60,237 nt of DNA from a virus (lineage: Duplodnaviria > Caudoviricetes): the IMG/VR virus record IMGVR_UViG_3300045110_000134, positions 1 to 60,237 of that record; one strand, given 5' to 3'. Every line of letters begins with the position of its first letter. Position 1 is the stretch's first letter. Below are positions 44,492 to 55,000 of this stretch, piece after piece. The notes beneath the pieces are model-generated. The model searched no databases and was not told the DNA's origin. It saw nothing but the letters and a program-made list of their open reading frames with translations. Both the position numbers and the translations under genes were made by a program.

Positions 44492-45190
44492 ATGAAACCG
44501 TGGTCAAAAATTATTGAGCAGTATCTTGCAGAGGGACGCACAGTTTCAGGCGGACTTCCCTTTCAACCAATCGTTCCAACTTGGCTGGCGCTCAATGCCG
44601 CTAACGACACTTCCGCTTCTTACTTCACCGACCTTCGCACTGGGCAACCAGTCAACGCGGGCGGTCTGAATATCGGAGACTACTTCGACCTCACCAACCC
44701 AGAGGCGAACGACCTCTCCTACTCGACCAACGGCGTTCTGTACGCAGGACGCTATCGCCGGGTCCAGGTAGACTCTGGCGCAACCGCATCGAACGTCAAG
44801 ACCGGCACTATCGGCTTGATGCCTTCGCTGGCTGTGTCCTCGCTCAACAAGTACGGCACGCGCAATCCACCGATGAACATTGTCACCAGTTATGACCAGG
44901 GTATCGGTCTCGCGAACTCGCTGCGCCCGGTTGTGTTCCTGAACTCCATCACTCCCGGCAACTACGGGTTCGTGCAGGAACTCGGCGTGGCCACGATCCT
45001 GTTCGGCGCTACCCTGACCGGAACCCCGGCCATCGGTGGAGTCATCAACTCGGTCACTCTTGGAGTGGGGGATGCTCCTGCGAGCGCCACTGCGATCGTG
45101 CGAACCTCTGTCGGAATCGCGATTGACCTTCCGGCAGCGGGCCAGAAATCGCGGGTACTGTTGCAGTACGTGCCAGTGGTCCAAGGGTAA
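44492..45190 (+). CDS. Capsid cement/decoration protein
   Basis: Follows the capsid gene; GRYRRVQVD, ITPGNYGFVQELGVA. Confidence 0.65.
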   Translation: MKPWSKIIEQYLAEGRTVSGGLPFQPIVPTWLALNAANDTSASYFTDLRTGQPVNAGGLNIGDYFDLTNPEANDLSYSTNGVLYAGRYRRVQVDSGATASNVKTGTIGLMPSLAVSSLNKYGTRNPPMNIVTSYDQGIGLANSLRPVVFLNSITPGNYGFVQELGVATILFGATLTGTPAIGGVINSVTLGVGDAPASATAIVRTSVGIAIDLPAAGQKSRVLLQYVPVVQG

Positions 45191-45199
45191 GGGGGAGCA

Positions 45200-45556
45200 A
45201 TGCAACTTACACTGTTCAAGGGCTACCCGGATTATGTCGGCAAAAGGCAAATCTTTTGCGGCACTGGCGCTGGCCCTTCGTCCTACGCGGTAAAGACTGG
45301 CTCCGGGACAGCGGCCAGTCCAAATGGCGGCGGAGATGTAATCACTTATCCGCCGTTCCAGAACTACATCGACAACGTTTTCCCGGCAATGTCATTGAGC
45401 GGGACTTACATTGTCTATCCTTATCCCGTCGCGCTCGGCCAGAGACAGGTTTGGGCGTTGATGTGGGTCACGCGAGCGACTGGTGCGGAAGTTTCTGCCG
45501 CAACCGATCTATCGGCGGAGAAAGTCGTACTTAGCGGATTCGGAGGAGTTTACTAA
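45200..45556 (+). CDS. Small virion structural protein
   Basis: GGAG RBS; GPSSY...GGD...GAEVSAATDLS. Confidence 0.65.
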   Translation: MQLTLFKGYPDYVGKRQIFCGTGAGPSSYAVKTGSGTAASPNGGGDVITYPPFQNYIDNVFPAMSLSGTYIVYPYPVALGQRQVWALMWVTRATGAEVSAATDLSAEKVVLSGFGGVY

Positions 45557-45578
45557 GTAGGGCGCGGATTTCCCCGAT

Positions 45579-45615
45579 TGGCGTCTCTCTGTGAAAGGGG
45601 GACGCCATAATTTTT
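45579..45615 (+). terminator. Intrinsic terminator after the head genes
   Basis: TGGCGTCTCTCT/AGGGGGACGCCA stem then TAATTTTT. Confidence 0.65.
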
Positions 45616-45626
45616 AGGAGTAAAAG

Positions 45627-46631
45627 ATGTCGCTAAACTCGATGATCCAGGAAATGCTTCTGGAAGTACCGGGGATAGCCTCGTCGCAGGCGAAAATCTA
45701 TATCAACCGCGCACTCGGGCTAATCTATGACGCGCAGATGTGGTCCTGGCAGCTGCAAGAGTCCGGTTGGCTGACTCCTGGCCTGCAGTTCCCTGTTCCT
45801 GGCAGTCCGGGAAACAGCCTGGGAAGCGTCAGTGTTACGGCTTTCTCTCCCCTGGTAACTCCCAGCACTTCCGCAAAAGCAGCATGGCTCGCTTATACCG
45901 GGATGCCGCTATTCACCCAGTTCCAGTTCCGAAGTCCCTTCTACTCGCTGTACAACATCATCGCGATTAACCCCGTCACCGGGGTACTCACCCTGGATCG
46001 CCCGTGGATGGAACCGACCGACGCGAGCGCGGCTTACATGATCTACCAGGCGTACTTTCCCGTGCCCGTCCCTGATTTCAAAAGATTCCTCTCAGCGCGG
46101 GATACCACAAACAACTGGCCGATGGACTATTGGAGTTTGAGCCAGAAGGATCTTGCGGTGAAGGATGCGGAGCGGACCATCTTTGATGATCCCAACTACA
46201 TCGTTCCTTACCAGGTAGACCAGCGAACGAATAGCGCGACCTTGGGAAACATGCTGTACGAACTCTGGCCTCAACCTATGAGCCAGTTGCCCTACAGCTA
46301 CCAGTACCTACGCCGCGGGCCACTCTTGCAGGGTCCCAATGACGCGGTGCCCTACCCGCTCACAGAGGAATGCGTTTTGTGGCGGGCCAAGCAGGTTGCG
46401 TTCATGTCGAAAGAAGCGTCGAAGGGTGAGGACATGCAGCGCGGGCAGGGCGCGGACTGGAAGTTTTTGATTCAGGAAGCGGAAGACCAGTTCGTGAAGA
46501 CTCTCAAGCCGGTCAAGGACCGCGACAGTGATCTTGTGAGTTTGTACTACCAGCGTTACCGTCCGGACTTCTACAACAATGGGGAGCCGTTCGCCACAGA
46601 CACAGGACAGTTGAATATCGGGAGGTTCTAA
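45627..46631 (+). CDS. Head-to-tail adaptor/ring protein
   Basis: MSLNSMIQEML...IYINRAL..IY....WSW; YELWPQP. Confidence 0.7.
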   Translation: MSLNSMIQEMLLEVPGIASSQAKIYINRALGLIYDAQMWSWQLQESGWLTPGLQFPVPGSPGNSLGSVSVTAFSPLVTPSTSAKAAWLAYTGMPLFTQFQFRSPFYSLYNIIAINPVTGVLTLDRPWMEPTDASAAYMIYQAYFPVPVPDFKRFLSARDTTNNWPMDYWSLSQKDLAVKDAERTIFDDPNYIVPYQVDQRTNSATLGNMLYELWPQPMSQLPYSYQYLRRGPLLQGPNDAVPYPLTEECVLWRAKQVAFMSKEASKGEDMQRGQGADWKFLIQEAEDQFVKTLKPVKDRDSDLVSLYYQRYRPDFYNNGEPFATDTGQLNIGRF

Positions 46632-47057
46632 ATGTTAGCAGCGCTGCCACCAGTTCTACCGGGGATTTACCCAGGCGCCGGCCAAGCATCTTTACTGCGG
46701 GCGAACTCTCAACAATGGCTCTTTCAGCAGCAACTCATCATCGCGGGCCAGTCAAGCATCGCGGTCCAGTTGGAACGGATCAAGATGTCGTACTTCTATC
46801 CCTTCGGCTGCTCGCTGCAAATCTTCTTCACGAACATATCTCTCGCGGCCGCTGATCCCGGAGCCTTTGAAGTAGACGCGCAGACCTCCGACATCGACCG
46901 GGAGGACCAATACTGCACCACCACGGGCCTAACTGCGGTGAGTGCCAGCAATTTTGCCGGCCGGATTGAACTCCCCTGGCTGTGGGCGAAGTTCATCCGC
47001 GTGAACGTCAAGACTCTGACCAACGGGGTCTACTCGAATGTCTTGGTGACTCGATGA
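46632..47057 (+). CDS. Small beta-sandwich virion protein without signal peptide
   Basis: FEVDAQTSD...AKFIRVNV; immediately precedes the fibre cluster. Confidence 0.6.
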   Translation: MLAALPPVLPGIYPGAGQASLLRANSQQWLFQQQLIIAGQSSIAVQLERIKMSYFYPFGCSLQIFFTNISLAAADPGAFEVDAQTSDIDREDQYCTTTGLTAVSASNFAGRIELPWLWAKFIRVNVKTLTNGVYSNVLVTR

Positions 47058-48010
47058 GACGCCTACTGTTGCTCCTTCTATTGCTCGCTCCGTGCGTCCA
47101 CGCGCAAGTGGTCGGGCCGGGGTTTGTGGATTACGTGACCTCGGCGCCTTCGGGGGCGTGCTCTCAGGGCCAGCACCTACAGGTAGTGCTCGGCTCGGGG
47201 GACATCTACACCTGTCAGAGTGGCACTTGGACGAAATCTGGCGGAAGCGGGGTCGGCTCGGTCACTAGCGTCTCCTTTACTGGTGGGCTGATTTCCGTAG
47301 CAAATCCGACGACGACGCCCGCGCTCACTGTTGCGGGAACCTCTGGCGGCATCCCGTATTTTTCTGGTGCAGCGACGTGGGCATCTTCTGGCGCCTTAAC
47401 TCAGCACGCCATTGTTCTTGGTGGCGGGGCGGGCGCAACTCCAACGGTTGTAGCCAGTCTTGGAACGTCGGCCACGCTTCTCCACGGCGCGGCTGCTGGC
47501 GACCCTACATTCTCTGCAGTGAACCTGGCTACCGATGTCACTGGCCAGCTTCCTATCGCTGCGGTTGGCAGTGCCGGCCTGAGCGGAACGTCCCCAATGG
47601 CCATCGCATCAACCGGGGCCATCTCGATTAACGCGAACGGAATTACTGCCAGCCAGCTTGCGACCCAGTACGCAATCCTTCGCTGCTATCCGGGCCTGGG
47701 GGACGGGCTGAATGCAATCAGCGCCGGCACCTACCTTCAGACCAACTGCTACAACAACTCCGGAGTGACGTGGACGATTACGCGCATCGGGTGCTTCACC
47801 GACAATTCCGGCACGTCTACCCTGAATGCCACAAACGGCGCCGCAACTGCGCTGCTGACCGGCGCGGTGACCTGTACGACTGCGGCGGGCGGAGCGGCCG
47901 GAACACAGAGCGCGACTACCACGATCGCCAACGGGGATGTCATCAAGTTCACGTTTGTTGCAGATGGGACCAGCAAGCAGACGGGATGGTTTGTAAGTTT
48001 GACCCAGTGA
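47054..48010 (+). CDS. Signal-peptide-bearing fibre protein A1
   Basis: MRRLLLLLLLLAPCVHA|Q; APSGAC...IYTCQSGTW; GSVTSV shaft; C-terminal GDVIKF...GTSKQ domain. Confidence 0.75.
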   Translation: MRRLLLLLLLLAPCVHAQVVGPGFVDYVTSAPSGACSQGQHLQVVLGSGDIYTCQSGTWTKSGGSGVGSVTSVSFTGGLISVANPTTTPALTVAGTSGGIPYFSGAATWASSGALTQHAIVLGGGAGATPTVVASLGTSATLLHGAAAGDPTFSAVNLATDVTGQLPIAAVGSAGLSGTSPMAIASTGAISINANGITASQLATQYAILRCYPGLGDGLNAISAGTYLQTNCYNNSGVTWTITRIGCFTDNSGTSTLNATNGAATALLTGAVTCTTAAGGAAGTQSATTTIANGDVIKFTFVADGTSKQTGWFVSLTQ

Positions 48011-49632
48011 AAATCCTCAGACTACTTTCGCTGCTGGCGCTCCTCTCCGTCGCTGCGTGGGGACAGTTGACGACTGCTGACCAGATTCCCACTGTACGGC
48101 AGTCCATCCAAACCAACAGTTCCAACACCGCGGTTTACCCAAAGAACGTAGTCTCGGGCAACCTCCTGGTTGCCATGTTCCACACTCGCGCCAACATCAC
48201 GACTCCGACTGTGGCTGACACGCTAACCTCGACTTGGACCCTGAGAGTTACGCAGGGAACAACGAATAGCTGGCTTTACATCTGGACTGCACTGGCGAAC
48301 GGCTCCGGGGCAGACACGATCACGGTCACGCAGTCTGGCGGGACGAATACGAAAACGGCTGGTATCGAGGTTTCCAACTGCACCGAAACTGTGGACACTT
48401 CTGCCACGGCAACGACTGCGCCATCGAGCAGCCTGGTCACGTTTCCCAACATCACCACGTCAAAGTACCGGGATTTCGTACTCGACACGCTCACGGGATT
48501 TAGCGGTGTCACAAGCCCCAATATCAACGCGGCTTACACCTATGCGGTCATTAGTGGTTCAACCACGGGCGACAACATTTATATGTCGTACACGATCACT
48601 GGCGACCCTGGGACGGTGACTGGCCCCACGGTCTCGACAGGAAACAGCGTTGCCTCCGAGGGTGTGCTGGCGCTGCGCTCGACTACGAACCTGACAGTTT
48701 CGACCGCAGCTATCCCTGATGCGGTCAGTGGCACTGCTTACAGCTTTCAGATGCAGGCCACAGGCGGCGGCGGTACGAATGTTTGGACCACGACTGCGGG
48801 AAATCTTCCGTGCGGACTCTCGCTTTCATCTGCCGGGGTTATCTCGGGGACGCCGACTTGTTCCAATGGAAACACGATTACGTTCAAGGTGACTGATACC
48901 GCGGCGGCGACTGCAACCAAGAATCTCACGATTCAAGTAGCCAACTCGACTGCCACGGTAGCGCGGTTGCAGGGGCATTCCAGCACTGCCAGCAACACCA
49001 ACGTATTCGGAAGCAACGTTACCAGCGGCAGCTTAATCCTGGTCACCATTGGGCTCAAGAACAACTGGGACACAGTGACACTCACTGACAGTTTGAGTAC
49101 GGTGTACGTGGAAGTGCCGGGAGCGGTTCTCGCCAATATCGGCGCCTCGCTCAACCAGTTCGCCAAGGTGTACTGGGGATTCGCACCCAGCGGCGGAGCA
49201 GATACGGTGACCTCGCTAGGTTCTGCTGCCGCGGTGAATACTTTTCTGGCGGAAGAGTTTTCCAATGTTCAGCACATTTTCGATACGGGCGTACTCTCAC
49301 AGATAAACTCGACCGCAGGAGGCTCTCCGACCTCGGGGAACATAACCGCACCGATCGCGGAGACGCTTTTTACGGTGGGGAATCCGTCAACGGCCGGCGC
49401 GACCATCTCTGTCAATTCTCCGTTTACTGGCGGATTGAATGCGAGCGATGCCAACGTGCGTCTGCAGAGCGGTTACGAGGTTGCTGCAGCCTCGGGTACG
49501 CAATCTTCTGTTTTCACGGTGAGCAGCAACACGTCGAACGACTGGGCCGTGATGCTGATGGGGTTCCGGCCAACGACTAGCGGGACTGCTCCTGCCAGTG
49601 GCGCAGGAATCAGGCATGGGGTGACATTTTGA
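48007..49632 (+). CDS. Signal-peptide-bearing adhesin B1 (two related beta domains around a putative Ig domain)
   Basis: MKILRLLSLLALLSVAAWG|Q; NVVSGNLLV and NVTSGSLILV repeats; GNLPCGLSLSSAGVISGTPT; ends GIRHGVTF. Confidence 0.75.
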   Translation: MKILRLLSLLALLSVAAWGQLTTADQIPTVRQSIQTNSSNTAVYPKNVVSGNLLVAMFHTRANITTPTVADTLTSTWTLRVTQGTTNSWLYIWTALANGSGADTITVTQSGGTNTKTAGIEVSNCTETVDTSATATTAPSSSLVTFPNITTSKYRDFVLDTLTGFSGVTSPNINAAYTYAVISGSTTGDNIYMSYTITGDPGTVTGPTVSTGNSVASEGVLALRSTTNLTVSTAAIPDAVSGTAYSFQMQATGGGGTNVWTTTAGNLPCGLSLSSAGVISGTPTCSNGNTITFKVTDTAAATATKNLTIQVANSTATVARLQGHSSTASNTNVFGSNVTSGSLILVTIGLKNNWDTVTLTDSLSTVYVEVPGAVLANIGASLNQFAKVYWGFAPSGGADTVTSLGSAAAVNTFLAEEFSNVQHIFDTGVLSQINSTAGGSPTSGNITAPIAETLFTVGNPSTAGATISVNSPFTGGLNASDANVRLQSGYEVAAASGTQSSVFTVSSNTSNDWAVMLMGFRPTTSGTAPASGAGIRHGVTF

Positions 49633-51362
49633 TAAGAAAACTGATTTTCCTGCTCGCGCTGCTCTCGGCTCCCGCTTTCGCGCAATCTCTGGCCGGCGTG
49701 AACTACGACTGTCAAATTGGTGGACAGCAAGCCTTGACCTCGGGGCTTCCCTCGACCGCAACACAGCAGATAGGGACCACGAACGTAAACGCAGGCGCCG
49801 GGGTGCAAGCGTCCTTTCCGTCCTGCATTGTGACGGTCTATGCGACGGGGACGGTAAACAAGGCCAGCATCTTCTCCGACAACAACCCTTCACCTACGGT
49901 TTTGGTCAATCCTTTCGTAGCCAACACGGATGGCAGCTTTACTTTCTTCGTCGCGCAAGGAGCGTGCTACGACATCACCATGTCCAGCGGTACTACCCCG
50001 CTACCCTACAACCGGACACTGACTGATGTTTGCGAAGGGACGGGCTCGGGCGGCGGCGGCAGCGCGAATCTAAGCGGAACACTGAATCACATCGTAAAGT
50101 TCACTAGCCCAACTAGCGGTGGGGACTCGGAAGGAATCTCTACCGGACTGGTTCCTACTTCATGGCCTCTCGGTCTGGATCTTGTCCAGGCGCCTTTGGA
50201 GTTTGACTACACGAACTCCAGTTCCCCCGGAACCACGCAATACCTTCTGGTCAGCCTCAATGCCAGCAACCAAGCCAGAAATTCACAGCCTACTGATGCC
50301 AACAATCTTTTGGGAGTGGCAGATGCCGGCGCCGGAACCACTGGCACGGTCTCAGTCGCCGTGCTCGGAATCATTCCCTGCACGTTCGACAATACGACTG
50401 CGATAAACGACTACGTGGTACTCGGTTCGGGGTCTCAGTGTCACGATGCGGGCGCGACGGAGCCAGTTGCGGTGCAAAACGTTGCTCGCGTGCAGTCGGT
50501 CAACGCTGGCGCAGGCACAAATGCGACTATCAGGATCGGGCTGCCAGATGTAGTGGCACCGCAGACGACAGGCGGAAGCGGGACCGTCTCGCCATGCGCC
50601 ACGGTGGGAGCCATCGCGTACTACGCAGCCACGGGGAACGTGGTCAGCTGCGACCCGCTATTTACGACAGATGGGGCGGGTAACTTCAGCGCGGTGAGTG
50701 GGACGTTCTCAGGATCGAACGCCGGGTACGTCTCCTTTGGGCAAGGTACGGTCCCGACTATTTCGGTAGCGAACTCAGCCTACCTCTACGCTTCTACTGC
50801 CATCGCAACAGCCTTTGGAACAGCGCTTCCCGCTGCACCAGGGACCGCAGGACAGGTTCTAACGATTCTGGCTGCTCCAGACGCCACGCACATCACAACT
50901 TCGTGGCAAACGGCTTCTGGGCCTTCCGCGGCCAGCCTCCGGAGAGTGTGCGCCTTGGTCTTTGGGGCGGAGAATGCTTCTTCTGCTCTGGCAGATGGCG
51001 ACATCGCTCCCCAAAAAGAGCAGTGCCAAGTTCCCTACGCTGCCACGGTCAGCGAAATTGATGTGACCGCGGACGCGGGAACTCCCAACGTGGTTGTCGG
51101 TATCCGACACTGCACTGCGAGTCCGTGCGCGTCGAACTTCACTATTACGAACCTGGTTTCCGGAGCTCTGGCAACCGCAGCAGCCGGTGCGCCGGCATGT
51201 TCCAAGACGGGTGCGACGACAGGGTTTGATACCTTCACGACTTGCTCGGCTACGCTGCAAAACACTGGGATTCTGCCGGGAGATTACATCGAGACGGTTT
51301 CAGCAACGGCCGGGGGAACCGCGAAGCGCTTCTCGGTCATGGTACATTTCTCCGTCAACTGA
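49629..51362 (+). CDS. Signal-peptide-bearing fibre protein A2 with tailspike head-binding-like N-domain
   Basis: MIRKLIFLLALLSAPAFA|Q; VTVYATGT..KASIFSD...NPFVANTDGSFTFF..QG.YDI; C-terminal GDYIE...GTAKR domain. Confidence 0.75.
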   Translation: MIRKLIFLLALLSAPAFAQSLAGVNYDCQIGGQQALTSGLPSTATQQIGTTNVNAGAGVQASFPSCIVTVYATGTVNKASIFSDNNPSPTVLVNPFVANTDGSFTFFVAQGACYDITMSSGTTPLPYNRTLTDVCEGTGSGGGGSANLSGTLNHIVKFTSPTSGGDSEGISTGLVPTSWPLGLDLVQAPLEFDYTNSSSPGTTQYLLVSLNASNQARNSQPTDANNLLGVADAGAGTTGTVSVAVLGIIPCTFDNTTAINDYVVLGSGSQCHDAGATEPVAVQNVARVQSVNAGAGTNATIRIGLPDVVAPQTTGGSGTVSPCATVGAIAYYAATGNVVSCDPLFTTDGAGNFSAVSGTFSGSNAGYVSFGQGTVPTISVANSAYLYASTAIATAFGTALPAAPGTAGQVLTILAAPDATHITTSWQTASGPSAASLRRVCALVFGAENASSALADGDIAPQKEQCQVPYAATVSEIDVTADAGTPNVVVGIRHCTASPCASNFTITNLVSGALATAAAGAPACSKTGATTGFDTFTTCSATLQNTGILPGDYIETVSATAGGTAKRFSVMVHFSVN

Positions 51363-51363
51363 A

Positions 51364-52095
51364 ATGCGCAAGCTACTCTTCATTCTCGCGCTGCTGTGTT
51401 CCTCGGCCTGGGCTGTGGTGCCCGTCCGCACCTGTACGGCTTCGGGCGCGGCGCCTGGTCCGGTTACCTGCAACATCACTGTGGCGGCGCACCATCTGGT
51501 CACTACCACAATCTTTACCAGCCAAGACACCAACGTTCTCAGTTACAGCGACACGCTCGGAAATTCTTATTCTCAAAACCCTTTTACCGGATGCTACCCA
51601 GGCAGTTTCACTCCCTGCAACGCAGGTGTGGCGGCGGCGCAGTCCTACTCCATCACCTTCGCCTCGCAAAGCAGTGTCATTTTCTATATCAGCACGGGGA
51701 CATTCGCGGGCGTGGTCACATTCAGCGTCTCGGGAGGGGTGGGCACGGACAAGATTTACTCGGCAGAATACTCTCAGGACATTATCGCGCTGGACGCAGG
51801 GACACAGACCGGCACCACGATTACCACGACCGGGGCGAACGATTTGATTGTTGTGATGACGGGCGATTCGGGGGTGACAACCTGCAGCGCGATTACGCCG
51901 GCTGCGGGGTTCACTCTGGAATTTAGCCAGAACGCATCCTGCAAAAGCTACTCTGATCGAATCAACCTTCCTCCGGGAAGCTACTCTTACAAGACAACCC
52001 TAACCGGCAACGCGGTTCCTGGTTGGACTGCGGTTGCCTTCGGTGTGGCGCCGTTCGTTTCTAGCGCAGTACGCCATGCAAGGAACATCTATTGA
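51364..52095 (+). CDS. Signal-peptide-bearing adhesin B2
   Basis: MRKLLFILALLCSSAWA|V; SDTLGNSY and ITTTGANDLIV resemble B1 domains; ends AVRHARNIY. Confidence 0.75.
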   Translation: MRKLLFILALLCSSAWAVVPVRTCTASGAAPGPVTCNITVAAHHLVTTTIFTSQDTNVLSYSDTLGNSYSQNPFTGCYPGSFTPCNAGVAAAQSYSITFASQSSVIFYISTGTFAGVVTFSVSGGVGTDKIYSAEYSQDIIALDAGTQTGTTITTTGANDLIVVMTGDSGVTTCSAITPAAGFTLEFSQNASCKSYSDRINLPPGSYSYKTTLTGNAVPGWTAVAFGVAPFVSSAVRHARNIY

Positions 52096-55000
52096 TTCAA
52101 CGCGCCATTCTCGCGGCAGCGCTGCTGGCCAGTCCTCTTTCTGCCCAGTTGTTTGTCTCACCCACTGGATCAAGCACGTCTAACTGCACTTCGGCTGCTC
52201 CCTGCACGATCGCCCGCGCAGATGTCGTGGCAACTCCGGGGGTGACCATCAATGTAGCTCCCGGAAATTACACGGGCGGGATTGTAACGCACACTGCAGG
52301 CACGGCAAACTCGCGCATCGTGTGGCTTTCAACTACCAAGTGGGGAGCGAAGTTAGTAGGAGTGGGTTCGCAGTTTGGCGTGTGGGCTGTTTGGGGCTCG
52401 TTCGTTGACATCAACGGCTTTGACATGACCACGAACGGTTCGTTTGGGACTTGCCTGGGAATCATCGGCCTTCAGCAGACGCCTTCCCCGGCTGTGGGCG
52501 TACACATCATCGGAAATAATTGCCACGACATCGAGAACAACCCAGCAACCAGCGGCACCTGCGTTCCCACGGGCGCATTCAGTGACGGGACGGGTGGGAG
52601 CGACGACTGGTTTATCGGAAACGTAATCCGGCATGCTGGATGGCCAGACCCCACTACGGGCAGTCATTGCATCGACGTTCACGGCATCTACACAACCGGG
52701 GTTCGGCAAGTCCTGGAAAACAACGTTATCTCGGGTGTCTCCGGTTGGGGCATCCAAATGCGTAACTCCGGTGACCTCACGAGCGGTTACTGCTGCAACG
52801 TCATTTCCGGAAACACGATTTTCAACAACAACGGTGGGATTGTAATTGACGAAACCGGCAACACGGCTCGGGCTGTGCTCGACTTTGTGACCATGAGCAA
52901 CAACGTAGTCGTGAACAACGGTCCAGGGTCCGGGCTAGGTGGATCGGGTACGTGGGGGGTCAACTACTTTCACTTGACCGGGAAAAATTGGGTAGTCAAC
53001 AACAACCTGATTTACGGCAACAAGGGTCCAGGAGGGATCGCTGGGGACCAGGCGCATCACGGTCAGCTTTGCGGCCAGAACGCAAGCGGTGGCACCCCGG
53101 TAGTTGGCGTTGCTATCACTGGCACTGACGGAAATGGTGATGCTGGAGGATGTCCGCAGAATCTCCCAAGAACGGATAGTGGCGGGGCGACGGCAACCTT
53201 TATAAACTTCCAGACCGATACCAACACTGCGCCAGCGGCAAGTTATGACGTAAACAACTACAAACTGAACGGAAGTACGCCAACCCGTGCGATTCAGGGC
53301 GGCGCTAGTCCAACCAGTTGCGCTATCCCCCCTGGCCTTACTCCTTGCGCTCCGCCTGTAGACTTCGCAGGGACGGTGCGGACCCTTCCATACGACATTG
53401 GGGCCTGGGCATTCACTTCTGGCGGAGTCCCGATTGTCAACTTCAGTCCTTCCCCGCTCAATTTCGGAACGATACCTGTAAGTACATCGCAGGCTCTCAC
53501 GGCCACGTTGGCCAACACGGGTGCCGCGGTACTAAACATCACCGCATCGACCATCGCCGGGACGAACCAGGCGGATTACAAGATCACCAGCAAGACGTGC
53601 GGAGCGACTCTTGGCGCGGGCTCAAACTGCACGTTCCTCATCACATTTACGCCTTCGGCTGCCGGGGTACGTTCTGCGAGTCTGACGCTGACCACGAATG
53701 CAGCCGGCTCTCCACAGCAGTTGCCCTTAACAGGCACGGGAGGGACTGTAGGGGTAACTTTCAATCCGACATCTCTAACGTTTGGCGTGACTGCTCCCGG
53801 CAGTTGCAGTGCAAACCAGACCTACACCGTGAGCAGCACGGGAACGACAGCACTGGCCTTAAACGGAGCAACCTTCACTGGGGCGAACTCGGGGGAGTTT
53901 GCTTTTGGTGGCACGGGGACGTGCAATCAGCCGGGTTCGGTTCCACCGGGCGGATCTTGCACTATCAGCATCAAGTTCTGTCCAGCAAGCGGAGGTAGTA
54001 AGTCGGCCACGGTCTCCCAAAGTACGAATGCTCCCGGCTCGCCACAACTCGAACCGCTCTCAGGTACAGGTGGCACGTCAACGGCTACGCTTCTTCCGGC
54101 AACGTTTGCTTACGGGAATGTGCAGGTAGGGACCAGCCTCTCGCACAACTTTGTTTTCACCAACACGGGAACACTCACCCTTACCGGAATTTCCGTTTCA
54201 ATCACGGGCGCGACGGGTTCCTACACGCAAACCAACAACTGTCCTGCGAGTCTGGCGCCTGCCGGAAACTGTACGATCGCGGCGGTATTCAAGCCTGCAA
54301 CGGGCGGGCTGCTGAATGCTTCACTAAACGTTGCATCGAGCGCAGTTCCTTCTCCGACAACCGCGGCCTTGAGTGGCACGGGCACAGTGCCAGCAACCAT
54401 CTCGCTCTCGCCGGCGAGTGTTCCCTTTGTGGACACCCTGGTGGGGAATTTCTCTGCTGTGACGAATGTGGTGGCGACCAACACGGGCGCTTCGACGGTG
54501 AACATCTCCGGAGTGTCGGTCGTCGGCACCAATCCGGGAGACTTTACGGCTGGCGAGTGCGCGTCTACATTCACCGGCTTTACCGACAACTTCAACACCG
54601 GAACCCTAAGTTCTAGCTGGCAGAAGGATTCAGGGACAGCCCCGCAAAATGGCGCCACAAACGTTGCCTCATTCTCGACGGCCAACGTAGATCTCACAAA
54701 CGGAATGCTTGGGCTGAAATTGACGCAGAGCATCGTAGGTGGCGTGGCTACTTCAGTGGGCGCGGAGGTTCGCTCAACTACTGCATTCGGCTTCGGAACC
54801 TACAGGTGGTCAACCCGGATGGGGTCTACTGCGACCTCGCCACTTACTACCGGGACGGTTCCCACGGGGCAAGTGTCATCGAACTTCATTCTGAATAGCT
54901 CGACGGCTAACCCATATACCGAAATAGACTCTCCGGAGGTTACAGGGAACCAGCCCAACCTGGCGCAGTGGACAACCTGGACGACGACCAGTCTTAACAC

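Noticed and set aside
46982-51363. ORF-track starts at 46982, 47770 and 51094
   Set aside because: They overlap upstream genes extensively and hide the signal peptides; coupled starts at 47054, 48007 and 51364 fit better
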